This document shows, one piece after another, positions 13,885 through 27,890 of a stretch of 64,000 bases of DNA (the stretch's first letter is position 1; every line of letters starts with the position of its first letter). The translations under genes and the position numbers were made by a program. The notes beneath the pieces were generated by a model. It did no database searches and was not told where the DNA came from. It was given only the letters and a program-made list of their open reading frames with translations. This stretch comes from Tubulanus polymorphus (lineage: Eukaryota; Animalia; Nemertea): assembly GCF_964204645.1 (NCBI RefSeq), contig NC_134030.1:18312210-18376209 (forward strand), read 5' to 3'.

Positions 13885-15589
13885 AACAATTTATAATTCG
13901 GTTGATTCTTCCGCATCATGTCGGTGAGAGGAACACCGATATTAGTATTCTCGTCAACTACAGATCAAACAATTCATCATACGACAATTTAATCTGACAG
14001 AATTCACCCATCTGTTAAATTAGCACCCTAGTAGCAAATTGTCGAAAGGTTTCTCCACATTTGTTAGTTTCCGAATTACGGAATTACACAAGGTTCAAAT
14101 GGCTTTTTTAAACTCATTTTCACAAACAGTAACAGAACCAGGCCACCTCAAAATTAACACACCGTAACTCTATACTGAAAATCACACCACGCACACTCAA
14201 ATCCCCTCCTTTCACGCACCACAAACTACATCTGACATACTTCGTATACACAAATCATTGATAATAAACATTATTCATGTAACTATTAAACCCACGACCA
14301 CGAGACAATCAAAGGCGAACACCATCCCCCCCCCCCCCCCGATATAATTCAGATAATTCAGATTCACCTATACGATGCTCAAACACATTTATTGATCAAG
14401 AAGTTTACGTCTTGTGTACATGCGTTTTCGGTGAATAAAGCGATTATCCACTTCTCTGGAATCGCCGGGCTACTCTAAACAATTCAGCTTCGGCCAATTC
14501 TTCTTTCCGATTTTCGTCGTCTGCTATAGCGAAGGCCCAGGCGGCGGCAAACATCGTGCATACCGGAACAGCCAGTTTAATCAAACCTGCAACGGAAAGC
14601 AACGCGTGTTTTTGAACTGGTTGATTACTCTGAAACCTATTTCCATTGTAACGCGGTTTTACGTTGACTGTGCACCTAGTACCTACGTTGTATACGTTTA
14701 ATTCAATCATTTGGCAATGTCTGTGTTGTGCCTCCACGATTTGATTATTATCATACATATACGTACAGAGCACGGGACAAGACACGGGGTAGTAGATAGG
14801 GTGCTCCATATTTAATGCATTTTTATACAATATCTTTTAACCATGTCGTGCAAGGAGCTATTCATCAAAGTGTTATTCTTCGTGTACGTTGAAATGATGG
14901 AATGGCGGGACTCAAACCTACTTTAGTTATAGCTGAGTCACTGAATACAAAACAACCTCAACGTAGTTTTAAACTGGTTTCGTAAAGCATTGCGTGCCAT
15001 TCAAACTTTCAATGTGCACTTAAACACCTTTGAATCAGTTTATGAATATAATTTATGTTTTTTAATATCAACTTCCCTTATGGGCGGAAACTATTCTAAA
15101 AAGGCACGTACGTGAGATGTACGTACCGTACAGTGACCCAATAAACTACCCCACGTTTTATCCTGACCCCCATATATACAGTGGCGGATTTAGCCTACCG
15201 CACTTGTCGCTAATGCGGTAGTCAACATTTTTCCTCTAACAACATTTTATTTATTTCATGGATGGACTTGACTTAGCTGATTTCTTGGAAAAAAGTACCC
15301 ATATTAAAACAGGGTTTTTCTCTTCCATAACCCATGAAATGTCATCTCAGCACTATAAATTTTTCAAAATTTTCATTATAATGTTGGTTTAATTTGATAT
15401 TTGATAAATCCTTAAATTTGTTGGTTCCAAACAGATGAGTACAAATATTTAAGTAGTATACTTACTCAGCATTTTTAGTAGCCAATCTGGAGAATCCGAT
15501 AATAATGCCTAGAAATGCGAATATTTTCATATAAATCAAATGTTAACTCATATCTATCAATTCCGCAGTCACTTTTCTACCCCCTTTTT

Positions 15590-15795
15590 CAGACCTTACC
15601 ACGTTCCACTCTTGCATGGATTCGAAGCTAATGGTATCGAGAGACTCTGCCAAATTTCTCTCACGCTGGTATTTGGATCTGATAGCATCGAAAAACTTTA
15701 TCATATTTCCCCCTCGCAAGAATTCGAACCTGATAACATAGCCAGACTTTACCATATGTTCGTCCCTCGAAGGGATTCGAACCAATTTACATAAC
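15590..15795 (-). repeat. ~50-58 bp degenerate tandem repeat with B-box-like GGTTCGAATCC cores
   Basis: ggattcgaagc (15618), gaattcgaacc (15720), ggattcgaacc (15774), each preceded by a tttaccatat-like segment. Confidence 0.45.
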
Positions 15796-17379
15796 GAGTC
15801 TATGTCATGTCTATAAGGGATTTGAAGAATGTCGGGGTTCTTGCTTATCATGTTCGAATCACCAATCTTAATACTTACGTTGCAATGAACGGGGGGTGAG
15901 TACTCTCTCTTCTAGCGAAATGTTTGCTAGAAATAAACGGTGAATATATTGAAGCAAGAATCCATGAATTATTTAAACAGGCTTCGGCTTGAACAGGAGT
16001 GAAGAGATATTAACACGTTTGTTAGATGAGAGCAAATATTTCATAATTCACATCTGTTTTATCAAACACGGAAGTCTTTCGTCGATTATTGATTGTAAAT
16101 CTACTCAGCACTATATAATTTTGTACATATCGAAATTTATCGAAGAACTTTCCTTTAAGTTAAATGTACTGTCGTTTTAGTGTTATTAGTAAAAAGCTTT
16201 GGGATAGTTGACCAAAAGTTGGCTAGAGTTAACAAGTGAATAGTTGACTTGGTGATTATTTAAAATTCATTGTTATTATGATATTTTATCCACCGGTTAT
16301 CTTTTACCAATTTTTGAGCAACTTTGAAAATGAACTAATTTTGACAACGAGACTGCGAATTCGTCACACCACCTGGTGGGCCAACCTGGCGTTGCACCTC
16401 CCATACCGAGAGCCCGAAACTCCCCGGGATGGCTTCGGTGCTCGCCTTGCCGATGTAAAATAATTTGGAAAGGAGCCCCATTGAATAAAAGCACTTAAAT
16501 TTGGTTTTAGGCTCTCCCCTGAATTAAACCGAAGCCAGCCACTGCATGTTCCTAAAATATTGTTTGAAAAATTGTTTGTAAACTTCAATTTGCAATCTTG
16601 AAATATTTCATTAACATTAGGAGAAGAAAACTTGATAAAAAAGTTCTTTAACATTACTTTTAAGCATTGGTTGACGTCTGTGATGTAATGCCAATGCTAG
16701 TAAAATGGATCGAAAGTCGAAGTAAAAATAGCGCCGACGCTTCTCATTTTCATAACTTTAAATTGAAACTCAGTTGAAATCACGTAAAACATTAGACACA
16801 GCTGAAAATGAATCGACATAATGTTTCGATGATTCACTATTATCTATTCAACATAGCGTCGCCAGATGTATAACGCCAGTAGTAACTCTGCCTAGCTGCA
16901 AAGCTATCGTTAAGTTATACATTCCTACTCGTACTGCAGAAGGAATTAATTGATTAGACGTCCGATCAAGAATCCCTTTACCTAAGGACTTTTGCGTTAA
17001 GAGAAGACCATATTTTCGTCAACTAACTGAGTTCCGAAGACAGATGCAAAATGACTTTAAAAATTTGACGAATATTTTTTTCGAAAGTGTAAAGAATGTA
17101 TTTTTGCGGTAATGCCGTCGATCCCGCCCCGAGATCTCGCGGAAAGCTCCGCGGACAGGCCACGTTGAAGGACTGGGTGAATAATACATATGCAAGTAAT
17201 CTAGTCTTCTATAATTCAATTAAAAAACATTAACTAAACTCATTTTGGTCTAAATACACCAATTAATGGTGCCTCATTTTTATTGCGTAGACAAACAGCA
17301 TCAGTGGCAGTGTTTTGCTGGCGAAGCCGGCAGCGCGTTGTACATTCGCGTCAGCAACGTCTCTACATATGCAAATGTC

Positions 17380-17510
17380 ATTCACAGACTGATGATAGAA
17401 AAAATCTGGCACCTGGGATTGGGTAGAGAAAACAGGCTTTGTGATACGTGTAACTGTGTGGAAGATGAGCTGCACTTCATACTAACGTGTAGCAAATTCA
17501 ACAACCCCAT
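17380..17510 (+). mobile_element. LINE ORF2 3' Cys-rich tail fragment
   Basis: LMIEK..RENRLCDTCNCVEDELHFILTCSKF. Confidence 0.6.
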
Positions 17511-18613
17511 GACGAAATTTGATTTGGTAAATGTCGGTGCAAATGATATGAATGGAATTTTTGATGATGTAGGTACGTAGTCAAGCGGAATTGGTAAATT
17601 TGGGAAGTACGTTCGATCGGGATATGAATATTATATTCAATTGATGCTTAAAGGTACAGTACTTGTCCAATGCACTGTTCCTATAAATATTTTTGAAATT
17701 CTGGTATTGTATATAAAGCATACATTGTTTTCTTTTTCTCCTGATTTGTTGTTCATGTCATTTGATTCGGGCTCGGACAAACCCCTTTTTAGTGAAAGTT
17801 CCCTTTTCAAATGACGCCTATTTTTTAAATTTTCTAAAAAAATTTCTCGAAAATTAGAAAGGGCACATGAAGTCGTTCCCATCAATCACAAACGTACAAA
17901 AGGATTTTTAAGGATGATAATTTCAAAGAAAAAGACACATTCAGTCGTCTATCAATACCGAAAAAAAAAAACAAGAAAGGGCACTTTTAGTCGTTTTCAT
18001 CAATCTCAAAAGTAGGTAAGTGCAAATGGCCCCCCATGATCAATTCAGGATCAATTCTGAAGAATATGAAACGGAAAATAGGTAATAGATTGACAGGATA
18101 ATAAAACGGAAAAAAATGTTAGTTGTTGACATCCAACAGGACAAAAAATGATATAATGTTTTGTGCGTAGAAATATGCTGATGCTGGTTGTAAAACACAT
18201 TTTACAGGTTGTCAGGCTCATAGGGTTTAATCTTGAAGCGAGGAAGTATATTCAATGCACATTCGAGAATTTTTTTTAAGCGTGAATGTTAATTGTACAA
18301 TACAAAGTCTGTGGTTCTATCACTCACATTTGATAACGTACCACAGTATAATTTACCAATGCTTCAAGCCCACTTGGGTCCCTTGTTTTGTTCTGTCTAG
18401 TCATATCAAGGATTGTATAGGTCACAGCTTGCTTTGTTTCCAAACCAATAATTCGTAAGGACATGGAAAATTTGTCGTCAAAGAAACAAAGTAAATTTAA
18501 GCAGTGAAAATAGTTGAAAGTAATACCCATTTGAAATGAGAAAATGTATTACAGACTATAAGAATTTTCAAGAATTACGAATACTTATCATCCGTCATTT
18601 GTCAATATGTTTT

Positions 18614-19765
18614 AACAAGAAAATTAACTTTAATAAATTATTTGACGCCTGCGAAAAAATGTAGAATTTCTGGGATAAGCTAATGTGGAATTGCAAATTT
18701 GAAATCGAAGTTTTAAGAAATTTGGGGAATTATGAGATTTGGCGATTGGGTAGATGATACAGTATTCGACTGGTCTAATTTAAAAAAAAAAATTGTCAAC
18801 TTGTGACCGACTTCGATTCACTTTTGCCTCTAAGCTGGTCTGCAACTTCATTGCCTCCATGGTTGAAGAAAGAGCTCTTCTGATGTCTGCTTCATCATGA
18901 CTTCAAGCATATCGTGTAGCCAGCCGGCCCGGTCCCGGGGCCCGGTTTGGCTGTCACTCGATATCCTAGACTTGAGTCTGGGTTGAAGTAGACATTGTCA
19001 TTTAAATAACTTATTCATGTTATTCTGTATGAATTACCCGTGTGTCTTGTAATTTGTATTTTCTTAGTTTAAAATGTGTAATTTTATTGAATTCGGGAAT
19101 TTTATCCCGGAATTTCAATGTAATAAGGATCTATAAAATATTGAATTGAATTGTCACCTTATACACATGCCATCAGTGGACGCGGAGCCGTATATGACAG
19201 CTATGCTATTATAAATTGCTAATCTCATGAAACCTGCATACCCCTAATATCGAACATATTTTCTAAAACATTTGAATATTGAAATTATATGTTTACACGT
19301 TTTTATATAGACCGCTTTTAGCCGCCGATGAAATTCACGCCGGCCCTACTCAGATCGTAGTAGCTTCGTCATTCCACTAGCATCCCCATGACAGGGTCTG
19401 ACTTTTATATCAGACTTCCGATTCGTGTATTCATCCGCCATTTAACCGAATAATCCGATTTACTTATCATTTCTATTTATGCCTGCCGCTCCTGATATAA
19501 TCATACATCCTTTACTATTACAATACGTCTTCTCATGATATTCAATGCAATATAACATTCCGACGTTCAAATATAGGTCATTATATAATCACAGGGAGCA
19601 ATTCTACATCTTTATCAATAATATCTTGCCAAATAGCTTGTATGTGTACACATAAACCTGTAACGTTTTGCACATCGATTTACGGTTGTCGTTTGTAAAA
19701 TGACGCTGAATGGTTAGCATTGTTTAGGTTTCATAATGGTAACGTTTTATAAGGCGTCAAAAAAA
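18614..19765 (-). mobile_element. Non-autonomous Helentron/HINE-like element, copy 2
   Basis: Colinear with 6593-7786 from AACAAG to AAGGCGTCAAAAA; flanks differ. Confidence 0.75.
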
Positions 19766-20305
19766 CAATTTCTGTCCCGGAGCTGGCGGAATGCCATATA
19801 TTTTACTTTTACAACACGACGTACGTAGATTCTGATAGAGGGGTTATCTATACACTGATAGTATCGAGCACTGAAGTTATATTGAGTAAGATATGTAGGC
19901 AGTAGGTGATGTGTGCCCTGAAGCTCATGCTAAGTGTTTGTGCGCACACTACTAGTTGATCGGAAAAAGGAAGGGAGTTTCCTGGGGAATTGAGAAGTTA
20001 CTATTATTTAAACATAAAAACTTATATGGGGTGGTTATTTGATTATTACCTTGACTATTTACTACAAAATAACACTAACTTTGCATTGCAATAAACAGCA
20101 AATGAGCTATTCAGTATCATGATGATCTGGGATTTTACCTTGAATTTTATGAGGAGTTATTGACACTACATATTGAAATTCCTGAGTGCTAACGGGTTAA
20201 ATTGTTGACCTACCTTTAACTGAAAACGCTAGTCGCTTTTGATAGCGATGATGAGTCTATTGTATAAAATCGTGTACATCTTAGGAGTAGGTTGATATTA
20301 GGATA

Positions 20306-22600
20306 TTTAGGGTTTTCTGTTATTTCACAGAAAACCCTATTGGTATCCGCGTGATTATTATTATTATTATTTTCTTCCACACTATTTTTACCAAAAGAAC
20401 ATAGGCTTTGTTATCTTACCGCTGTTTCATATACAATCCATATAATATCGTTCAGCTCACTGAGATCTACAAATAGCCCACGTGTTTTTTCACGAATCAT
20501 CGTTACAAAAGCGCTGTCGGGCCGTAAACATCGAAAATTTAGCCCCATTCAATGGGGCGACATGTTTTTCGAGTCGTCATCCCGAAATCAACCCGCAGGC
20601 CGACTGTCACTTCGATTATCAATTCAAGTATAAATGAACTAATTTATTGCCGCAGACTTCAAATTCAGTCGCGGTCTTCAAACAGTGATTTTAACAATAG
20701 CCCATTTTCCTCATCAAATCATATTACCGATACACTGGAAATTTACTACTTTAGATTTTAAAAGCACTGTCGAGCCGTAAACATCGACGAATCGAGTGTT
20801 ACTACATCGTCGTTCCGGGGATCAGCTGCGAGTTTCTCCTCATCATGAGAATCAAATCGAGTACAAATTAATTTATTACTACCAGTGATTTGGCTGCGGG
20901 TTTCAAGGAGTTAGTATAACAATACCTATTTTTCTTTACCGAATTAACTAAGATAAATCGTTAGTGTGTTAATTAGTTGTATTTACTAGATAAATCTTTA
21001 GTGTACCGGGGAATCGTAGGCCTGAACTAAACACGCCGAAGAGATATAGCGGAGAAAAGCTGTTATGTCGACGAGGTATCAAAATAAAAGAATATATTAT
21101 TTTATTCGGCCGAGGGCTTCAACCTCTATATCAATACCATCAATACTCTATATTTCCTACAGTACATACCGATCATTGTCAAATGCACAAGGTATTTACT
21201 AAATACAAGTATATAACACACTCCTATCCGTATGCTGGACTCACACTTGACATTCGGAGTAAGCGTTCGCTGTGGGGGAAAGGGATCGTTCGCTGTGTCG
21301 CTTGAAGTGTTTATCGAGTTTGACGCGGCTTTAGGCCTACCGGTACTGAGCTTTACTGTATCAAACAAACACAGTACAATTGTTGCGTTTATTAACGGAC
21401 TCATTGGATTGAACTTCAAAACAAAATTTACGATATCTAGGTGGGTTGTTAAATTCAATAGGCCTACGACCAATCTGTCCGGATGTTAGGCCTACGCATA
21501 TACATAGGCCTACATAGGCTAGTAGCCTCTACTAGGTTAAGCGTTCGCTGTGGGGGAAAGGAGATCGTTCGCTATGTCGCTTGAAGTGTTTATCGAGTTT
21601 TACGCGACCTTAAGGCTTTAGTATGGTGGCTGATAAGGGCCATGCGTAAAAAAAACACGTATATGCAAATGAGGGCGACATTATGACAAAACGTCAAAAC
21701 TAAAATAACGCGACAAAACAATAATTTTGGTTTTGTCGCCCGCGACAATTCATTATTTTGATTTTATCGCCCGCGACAATTCATTAATTTGGTTTTGTCA
21801 ACCGCAACAAATCAATATTTTGGTTTTGTCGCCCATGACAATTCAATATTTTGGTTTTATCGCCCGCGACAATTCACTATTTTGGTTTTATCGCCCGCGA
21901 CAATTCATTATTTTGGTTTTATCGCCCGCGACAATTTTTTTTCTGTCGCGGTTTTATCGCCCGCGACAATTCATTATTTTGGTTGTATTGCCCGCAACAA
22001 TTCATTAGTTTGGTTTTGTCGCCCGCGACAATTCAAGATTTTGGTTTTTCTGCCGCGACAATTCATTTTTTGGATTTGTCGCCCGCGACAATTCAATATT
22101 TTGGTTTTATCGCCAGCGACAATTCATTATTTTGGTTTTATCGCCCGCGACAATTCATTATTTTGGTTTTATCGCCCGCGACAATTCATTAATTTGGTTT
22201 TGTCGCCAGTGGTTTTGTCGGAACATTAAGTTTTTTGGTCGAACAGTGTGTTAAGGTCGTTTTGGAAATTTACTCGGTCTGGAATATTTTGGATTACTGT
22301 GTATGTCATTTGTCAGGACATTAAACAGAAGACGACTTAGGATACTACCTTGCGTGACTCCACTAGTTAGACCGTCTCATTCCAAGATGAGGTGTTCCGT
22401 TGATTTCGGTTACAAGTTTCCGTTCAGAGATAACTGCTGAGCCATTTGGGCGACCTATCATTGATACTGTTTCCTAATAGCCTGTTTAGTAATGGCTGAT
22501 GTTGAGCCTTATCAAATGCTTTGTTGAAATCCACCGTTGAACAGGATTCTAAGACTGTGCAGAAAACCCGTTATCGCTGCTTTGCAGCTATATTCTAATT
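20306..22600 (+). mobile_element. HINE/DINE-1-like element with internal satellite
   Basis: 5' hairpin TAGGGTTTTCTG..CAGAAAACCCTA, (TTA)n microsatellite at ~20354, 3' subTIR CAGAAAACCC at 22560 followed by hairpin GCTGC-TTT-GCAGC and a T-rich end. Confidence 0.75.
21722..22210 (+). repeat. 31-bp tandem minisatellite (~15 copies), unit ttcattattttggttttatcgcccgcgacaa
   Basis: Direct inspection; no unique spacers. Confidence 0.95.
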
Positions 22601-24749
22601 TAATATTTTGCATCACACACGCACGTAATTTTTGACATCTCTCGTCCACTTAGTGCGTAAATTTGTAAGAGACCCACTATCGGGAAGGTAAGTTTAGTTT
22701 TTATTAAACTCTCTCCCGTCCGAAAATTTGTACATTTTGTTTACCCTTTCCGCCAAAAAACCGTACCGGGAACGCATAATATTTGAAAGCTCCCTTACCT
22801 TGTTCGATTTAACTCACTTCTGGATATCGAAACTCCTTCATCCAGTGATATTCTAAACACATTATGAGCAAAGTCAACTCTAAGTGTGAACTAAAACAGT
22901 CCATCTAACGAATCAATGCGTAGTGAACGAATGCAACGAGTCAAATGAGGCAAAATTGAGAAGACTTCAAATATAATTGTTTATCTTTGAGATAAGATTT
23001 TTTTTCTAAAGCCAACCACGCCCAACCTGCTAGCTATTTCTATATCAACGGACAACTACAAGCTAGTCGCAAACTGTTCGCCGAATAACAATAAGAAACC
23101 ATATATATTGATACGCAGGCTCTGTCCCTTCCCTATGCGGTCAAGATAGATGACGCTTTTGGGTATGGATGATCAAATATAGTCAGACATATCTAAAACT
23201 TTTTTTAACCATCAAGAATTATTGTGGATTCAACAAAAGGGAACAATAGAAGAAAAAAACAAATGCTTAACATTATTGCTAGAGATAAAAGTAGAATTTC
23301 AAATAATTTCCCTATAGATAATTAGACATAAGTTACTTGCGGTCAAAATTTGCACTATGAATACTAGGTCTCTGATTGGCTGGAATTCCTGCGATCGGAA
23401 GCAACTGTCGGCCTAATCGGGTTGGTTACCGTCGCAAGCCGGCTTTTGTCGAAATGATTTAGGAGTAACTGGCGGCCTCTCGTAGGCCGCCAGTTGCCGG
23501 TAACCGGCGATATACCCAGTTTTGTCGGTAGGTCGCTTGTTTTGAAATATCGATTTCAATCATTGAATGTGAATGGATCTCAGATATTGATTCACGTATC
23601 ACGAAGGAGGTTGTAATATTCAAAATACGAATGACACAATACTTTAAAATGCATTTTGAAAATATTCTTTTATATCCGTTATTTTTTATATTTGGGACAT
23701 ATTGATATCGTAACCCAAACGGTATTTCTACGGATCAATTGATTCGCGATTCCTTGATTGGTGGGAATAGATAATTCTGTTAAGAATGCCATGTCGGATG
23801 ATTTTGTTTTTGAATACTTCATCTTATTCAATTCATTGTTATGACGAGGACACCGTGCTATCCAACTAGATGGCGTGCGAATATCAGTGCGACAACCATG
23901 TCAAAATCTAGTTCATTTTTAAAGAACTTTCATCCAGATGTTTAGCCTCCATCATCAGAATACACCATGATTGACCACAATACTAAATTTCAAGGCCCAG
24001 TTGGTACGAAGTTTCCTATTGATATGTACCGCATATGCGCTCATAATTTAGATGAAATATTTGCCGAAACATGTTAATTATTCCATATTTACGTAGGTTT
24101 AAGTTAATCTCGTACAGTCAATTCATCACACTATCAGTAGAGGTGGCGCCTTTCTTTTCTGAACTGTTGAATCAATGAATAATTTGTTTAGAGGTTTATC
24201 TCAGCCAGTCAATGATTCATCACACTAACACTGGAGGTAAAGCTTGCAAAATAAATCCTACCACAGCTTCGATTCGAATTTCTATGTGGTTTTCGTAATT
24301 ACGTTGAATTCTTTTGAATTGGAATTTATTGCATCACGGTAATTTTTAATAACTCATAAGATTTACAAATGATCGATGGATTAATCATTAATATAGAACT
24401 AGTGTTTAGATTCAAGAGCACAATGTATAAAACTGCAATCAGTGTAATAATCTAAACAGTAAAGGAAATCACCGAGAAACAAAACGCTCAGATCTACGAC
24501 TCGCCATAATCAGGAAAGTACCCGAATTCTCGAAAACTCCTACAGGAATAAGATTGGCAGAGTAACCAGTAACACCAGTGTTATTTTTGGATGATACGCT
24601 GCGGTTATTTAGCGGGGCGTTCAATGTCGTTGTGAAAATTATTATGAACAAAATAATTGTGGGAAGGTTTTGAGCATTTAGTTTAAAATTTCAATGATTA
24701 CGAAAAGGCATAAAATTGAGTAAAAACAAATCATAACTAAATGAAAGAT

Positions 24750-25012
24750 CAGGTCCGTCGGAACAGGGGCGGCAGGGGCGGCCAAAGCCGCCCCACTTTT
24801 TTGCTTAACAAAAATTGTTTCAAAAGCACGCTCGTCGTTCTCAGCACTATGTGGTTGGCTCAAGACTTCTCATGCTTCTGTGAATGAGACCGTGAAATGG
24901 CCCCAAAACGCATCTCCGGCGATTGAATTTTCAAAATTTTTCTAGGGGAGGGCCCCCAGACCATCCTTCAGAAATAAGCCTCGCCACTGAAAAATACCTT
25001 CCGACGGCTCTG
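24750..25012. mobile_element. MITE with CAG..CTG termini and 5-bp TSD AAGAT (hAT5-like)
   Basis: caggtccgtcggaa / ttccgacggctctg imperfect TIR; aagat at 24745-24749 and 25013-25017. Confidence 0.7.
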
Positions 25013-25675
25013 AAGATAAAACATCATCAGTCATTTTATTGGATGGATTTCCTTCTGTGAGGAAATTGAATTAGTGAACTATATAGCCTACCATTGGCAG
25101 CTCAGTGAGAAAGTTCATGACGATGCCTTCTTTAATGATTTTTCTCATTCAACCTTTGGCAGTTAAGTCCAGAAATTACAAGATATAAATCCTAAATACA
25201 TATTTCATCACGAATGCATGACAAACTATTTCGCTCTTATTAAGTCTTCGTATTCTTGCAGATCACATTCGAAAAAAAATGATGAGCCTCGACGATGAAA
25301 TCGCTTTAGAAAAGCTTGGTACTCATAGTACACCCATCAAAGAATACTTCGAAAGTCTTACAAATGAGTAAGCAATTTGAAAAATACTGATCTTAACGAA
25401 CTCTGGAAATAATATGAACTAATGACATATGAATTTATTTCATTCGCAGAACGTCAAGAAAACGATCATTTGAAGATGTTGGTCATGCCGAATAATTCAT
25501 TGATCGATCAATGACAGCCGACATTTTTGTTGTGTATCAAGTTTATCATATTGACTGGGCTTGCCCCCTCTTATTAATAAAAGTTATTTTCGTATTGCAA
25601 TTCATAATTCATTGCATTCAAATTCGTCTTTAAACCGCGATTGATACGGAGAGATATCTTCTGGAATTCTGCCCA

Positions 25676-26222
25676 TCTAATCCTCTAAACCCTAACACAT
25701 CTAAACCCTAACACATGGAAACCCTTACACATCTAAACCCTAAACCCCCCAAACCCTAACCCCCAAACCCTAACCTCTACACACCCTCTAAACCTTAACA
25801 CATCGAAACCCTAACCCTCTAAACCCTAACATATCGAAACCCTAACGCTCTAAACCCTATCACATCGAAGCCTAAAACCTACCCCTCTAAACACTAACAC
25901 ATCTAAACACTAACACATCGAAACCCTAACACATCGAAACCCTAACCCTCTAAACCCTAACACATCGAAACCCTAACCATCTAAACCCTAACATATCGAA
26001 ACCCTAACGCTCTAAACCCTATCACATCGAAGCCTAAAACCTACCCCTCTAAACACTAACACATCTAAACACTAACACATCGAAACCCTAACACATCGAA
26101 ACCCTAACCCTCTAAACACTAACACATCTAAACCCTAACCCTCTAAACCCTAACCCTCTAAACCCTAACCCTCTAAACACTAACACATCTAAACCCTAAC
26201 CCCCTAAACCCTAACCCTCTAA
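25676..26222. repeat. Telomere-like minisatellite: 15-17 bp units AAACCCTAAC+(acatct/cctct)
   Basis: Many CCCTAA cores; a block recurs at 162-bp offset (atatcg at 25831 and 25993). Confidence 0.9.
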
Positions 26223-26728
26223 AGGCTAATTTGCGACCGTAAATGAAAGAAATACGACTCGAATATTTTTATTTTTATGATGCGTGACACGCAAATCTCC
26301 TATTAACACTAGTTATGAGAGAAGAATCCACACGAATGAAATGTATCAGCTTCATAATGATCGTTAATCCTTGAATGACGATTCTTAATTAACACAAAAA
26401 ACTTAATATAAATGATTTGTATCGATTGCTATAGAATTTCCATTTAAAGAATGCATTTATCAAATTACGTCCATTGACTCCGAAAATGAACCTTTAAACC
26501 CGTAAATTAGCTAAACTCGTGCCGTATTAAGCTATTTAGATTTATCGCAGTCTTGTGAAAATTTGTAAGGAGTCCTAATATATTCCCTGTATAATCAAAA
26601 CTTAATTTCTATGTAATGCACGTGTTTTAATTTATTTATTTAGTATTTATTTATTTCTGTCAAAGTTGTTTACAAACTTGTAATGACAATAAATAAAAGA
26701 TGATGATACATATGACGGTTTATGCGAT

Positions 26729-27290
26729 TTAGAGATCATGGTCCCTGAGTAGCAATTTTCTTCTTTTAGATAATTGATATAAACACTTGCCTAATTTCAT
26801 AATGGTGGCAGGAGAGTTGGAAGTTAATAAGTTAATACATTTGAAGACAGATGGATGGTGAACATAATAGTTCGAAAGAAAATTGCTTCTCAGGGCACTG
26901 TAAGCATTGCAATTAAGTAATACGTGGTACTCATCTTCTACTTGGTCAGTGTTATAAAAGCTACATACACGCTGTTCTCTGGGTGTGATGGGTCGGGCCC
27001 ATCTTCCAGTTTCAACATGCAGGTTATGATTACTACACCTAAATTTACTTATAATGTTAACCAAATGATGATCGCTGATATCTAAATATCCCTCATACTT
27101 GAACATAGTTTTGAAATTTTTATAATAGATACATTTGGAGCTATTCTCCATTGAGCCGTACCAGTTCTGGATAAACATATCTTTAACTTTCTGTTCCACT
27201 AATTTTAAGAACAGAGTTTTATTGTATATAGCCTGTTCTAGCCAAAAATTACCTTAACCTAGGCGGTTCAACAAATCTCGCATAGTTTTT
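26729..27290 (-). mobile_element. 5'-truncated LINE, ORF2 C-terminus
   Basis: SKFRCSNHNLHVETGRW..REQRVC..VEDEYHVLLNCNAYSALR, a typical non-LTR ORF2 tail. Confidence 0.8.
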
Positions 27291-27589
27291 TTGCATTTGG
27301 AACATCAATAACGATTTCCCCTCTACATGTTTATCGAGAAGGGCCTGATTACAATCTGATTACAATTGATTGTAAACATAGTTATAGCAATTTACTGTTA
27401 GACAAAGAAAATAAAAAATTTATTTTTCTCAAATTGTATGTATGTCTCATACCGTCTCATTACCTCAAACAATGTGTATCGTATCACTCGAAATTCATAA
27501 ATCTACCTGGCTTTATGGCTTTAAAAAAACTAATTACACCCAAAACACCAATACCTATCTTTCTAAAAATTCAGGTTATAGCGTTTAGT

Positions 27590-27890
27590 GGTGGGAGGAA
27601 AAATTCCTCCCTAAATCAATATACTTTGAATCTAGGACTCGGGTTCATTTTCCTTCAGTTGACATATGACAATATTTGGAATATCAGACCAGGTCAATTT
27701 TCCTTCGTTTGACATTCGGAGGAACATTCCTCTCGAAGTCGATACTTTGAATATCAGACCTGAAGGTCAAATTCTCTTCGTTTGACCTTGGGAGGAATAC
27801 TCCTCCCAAAGTCAATTGTTAAAATATCGGACCCCTTGGTCAAGTTTCCATCGATTGACTTTGGGAGGAATATTCCTCCCAAGGTCAATT
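27590..27890. repeat. Tandem ~70-bp units each containing palindrome GGAGGAATATTCCTCC
   Basis: Copies at ~27594, 27718, 27790 and 27863. Confidence 0.6.

Noticed and set aside
21722-22229. CRISPR-like periodicity and three overlapping ORFs
   Set aside because: Pure tandem 31-bp units with no unique spacers, eukaryotic context, no cas genes; the ORFs are repeat artefacts.
25676-26222. True telomere
   Set aside because: Units are 15-17 bp composites rather than (TTAGGG)n, and unique sequence continues on both sides.
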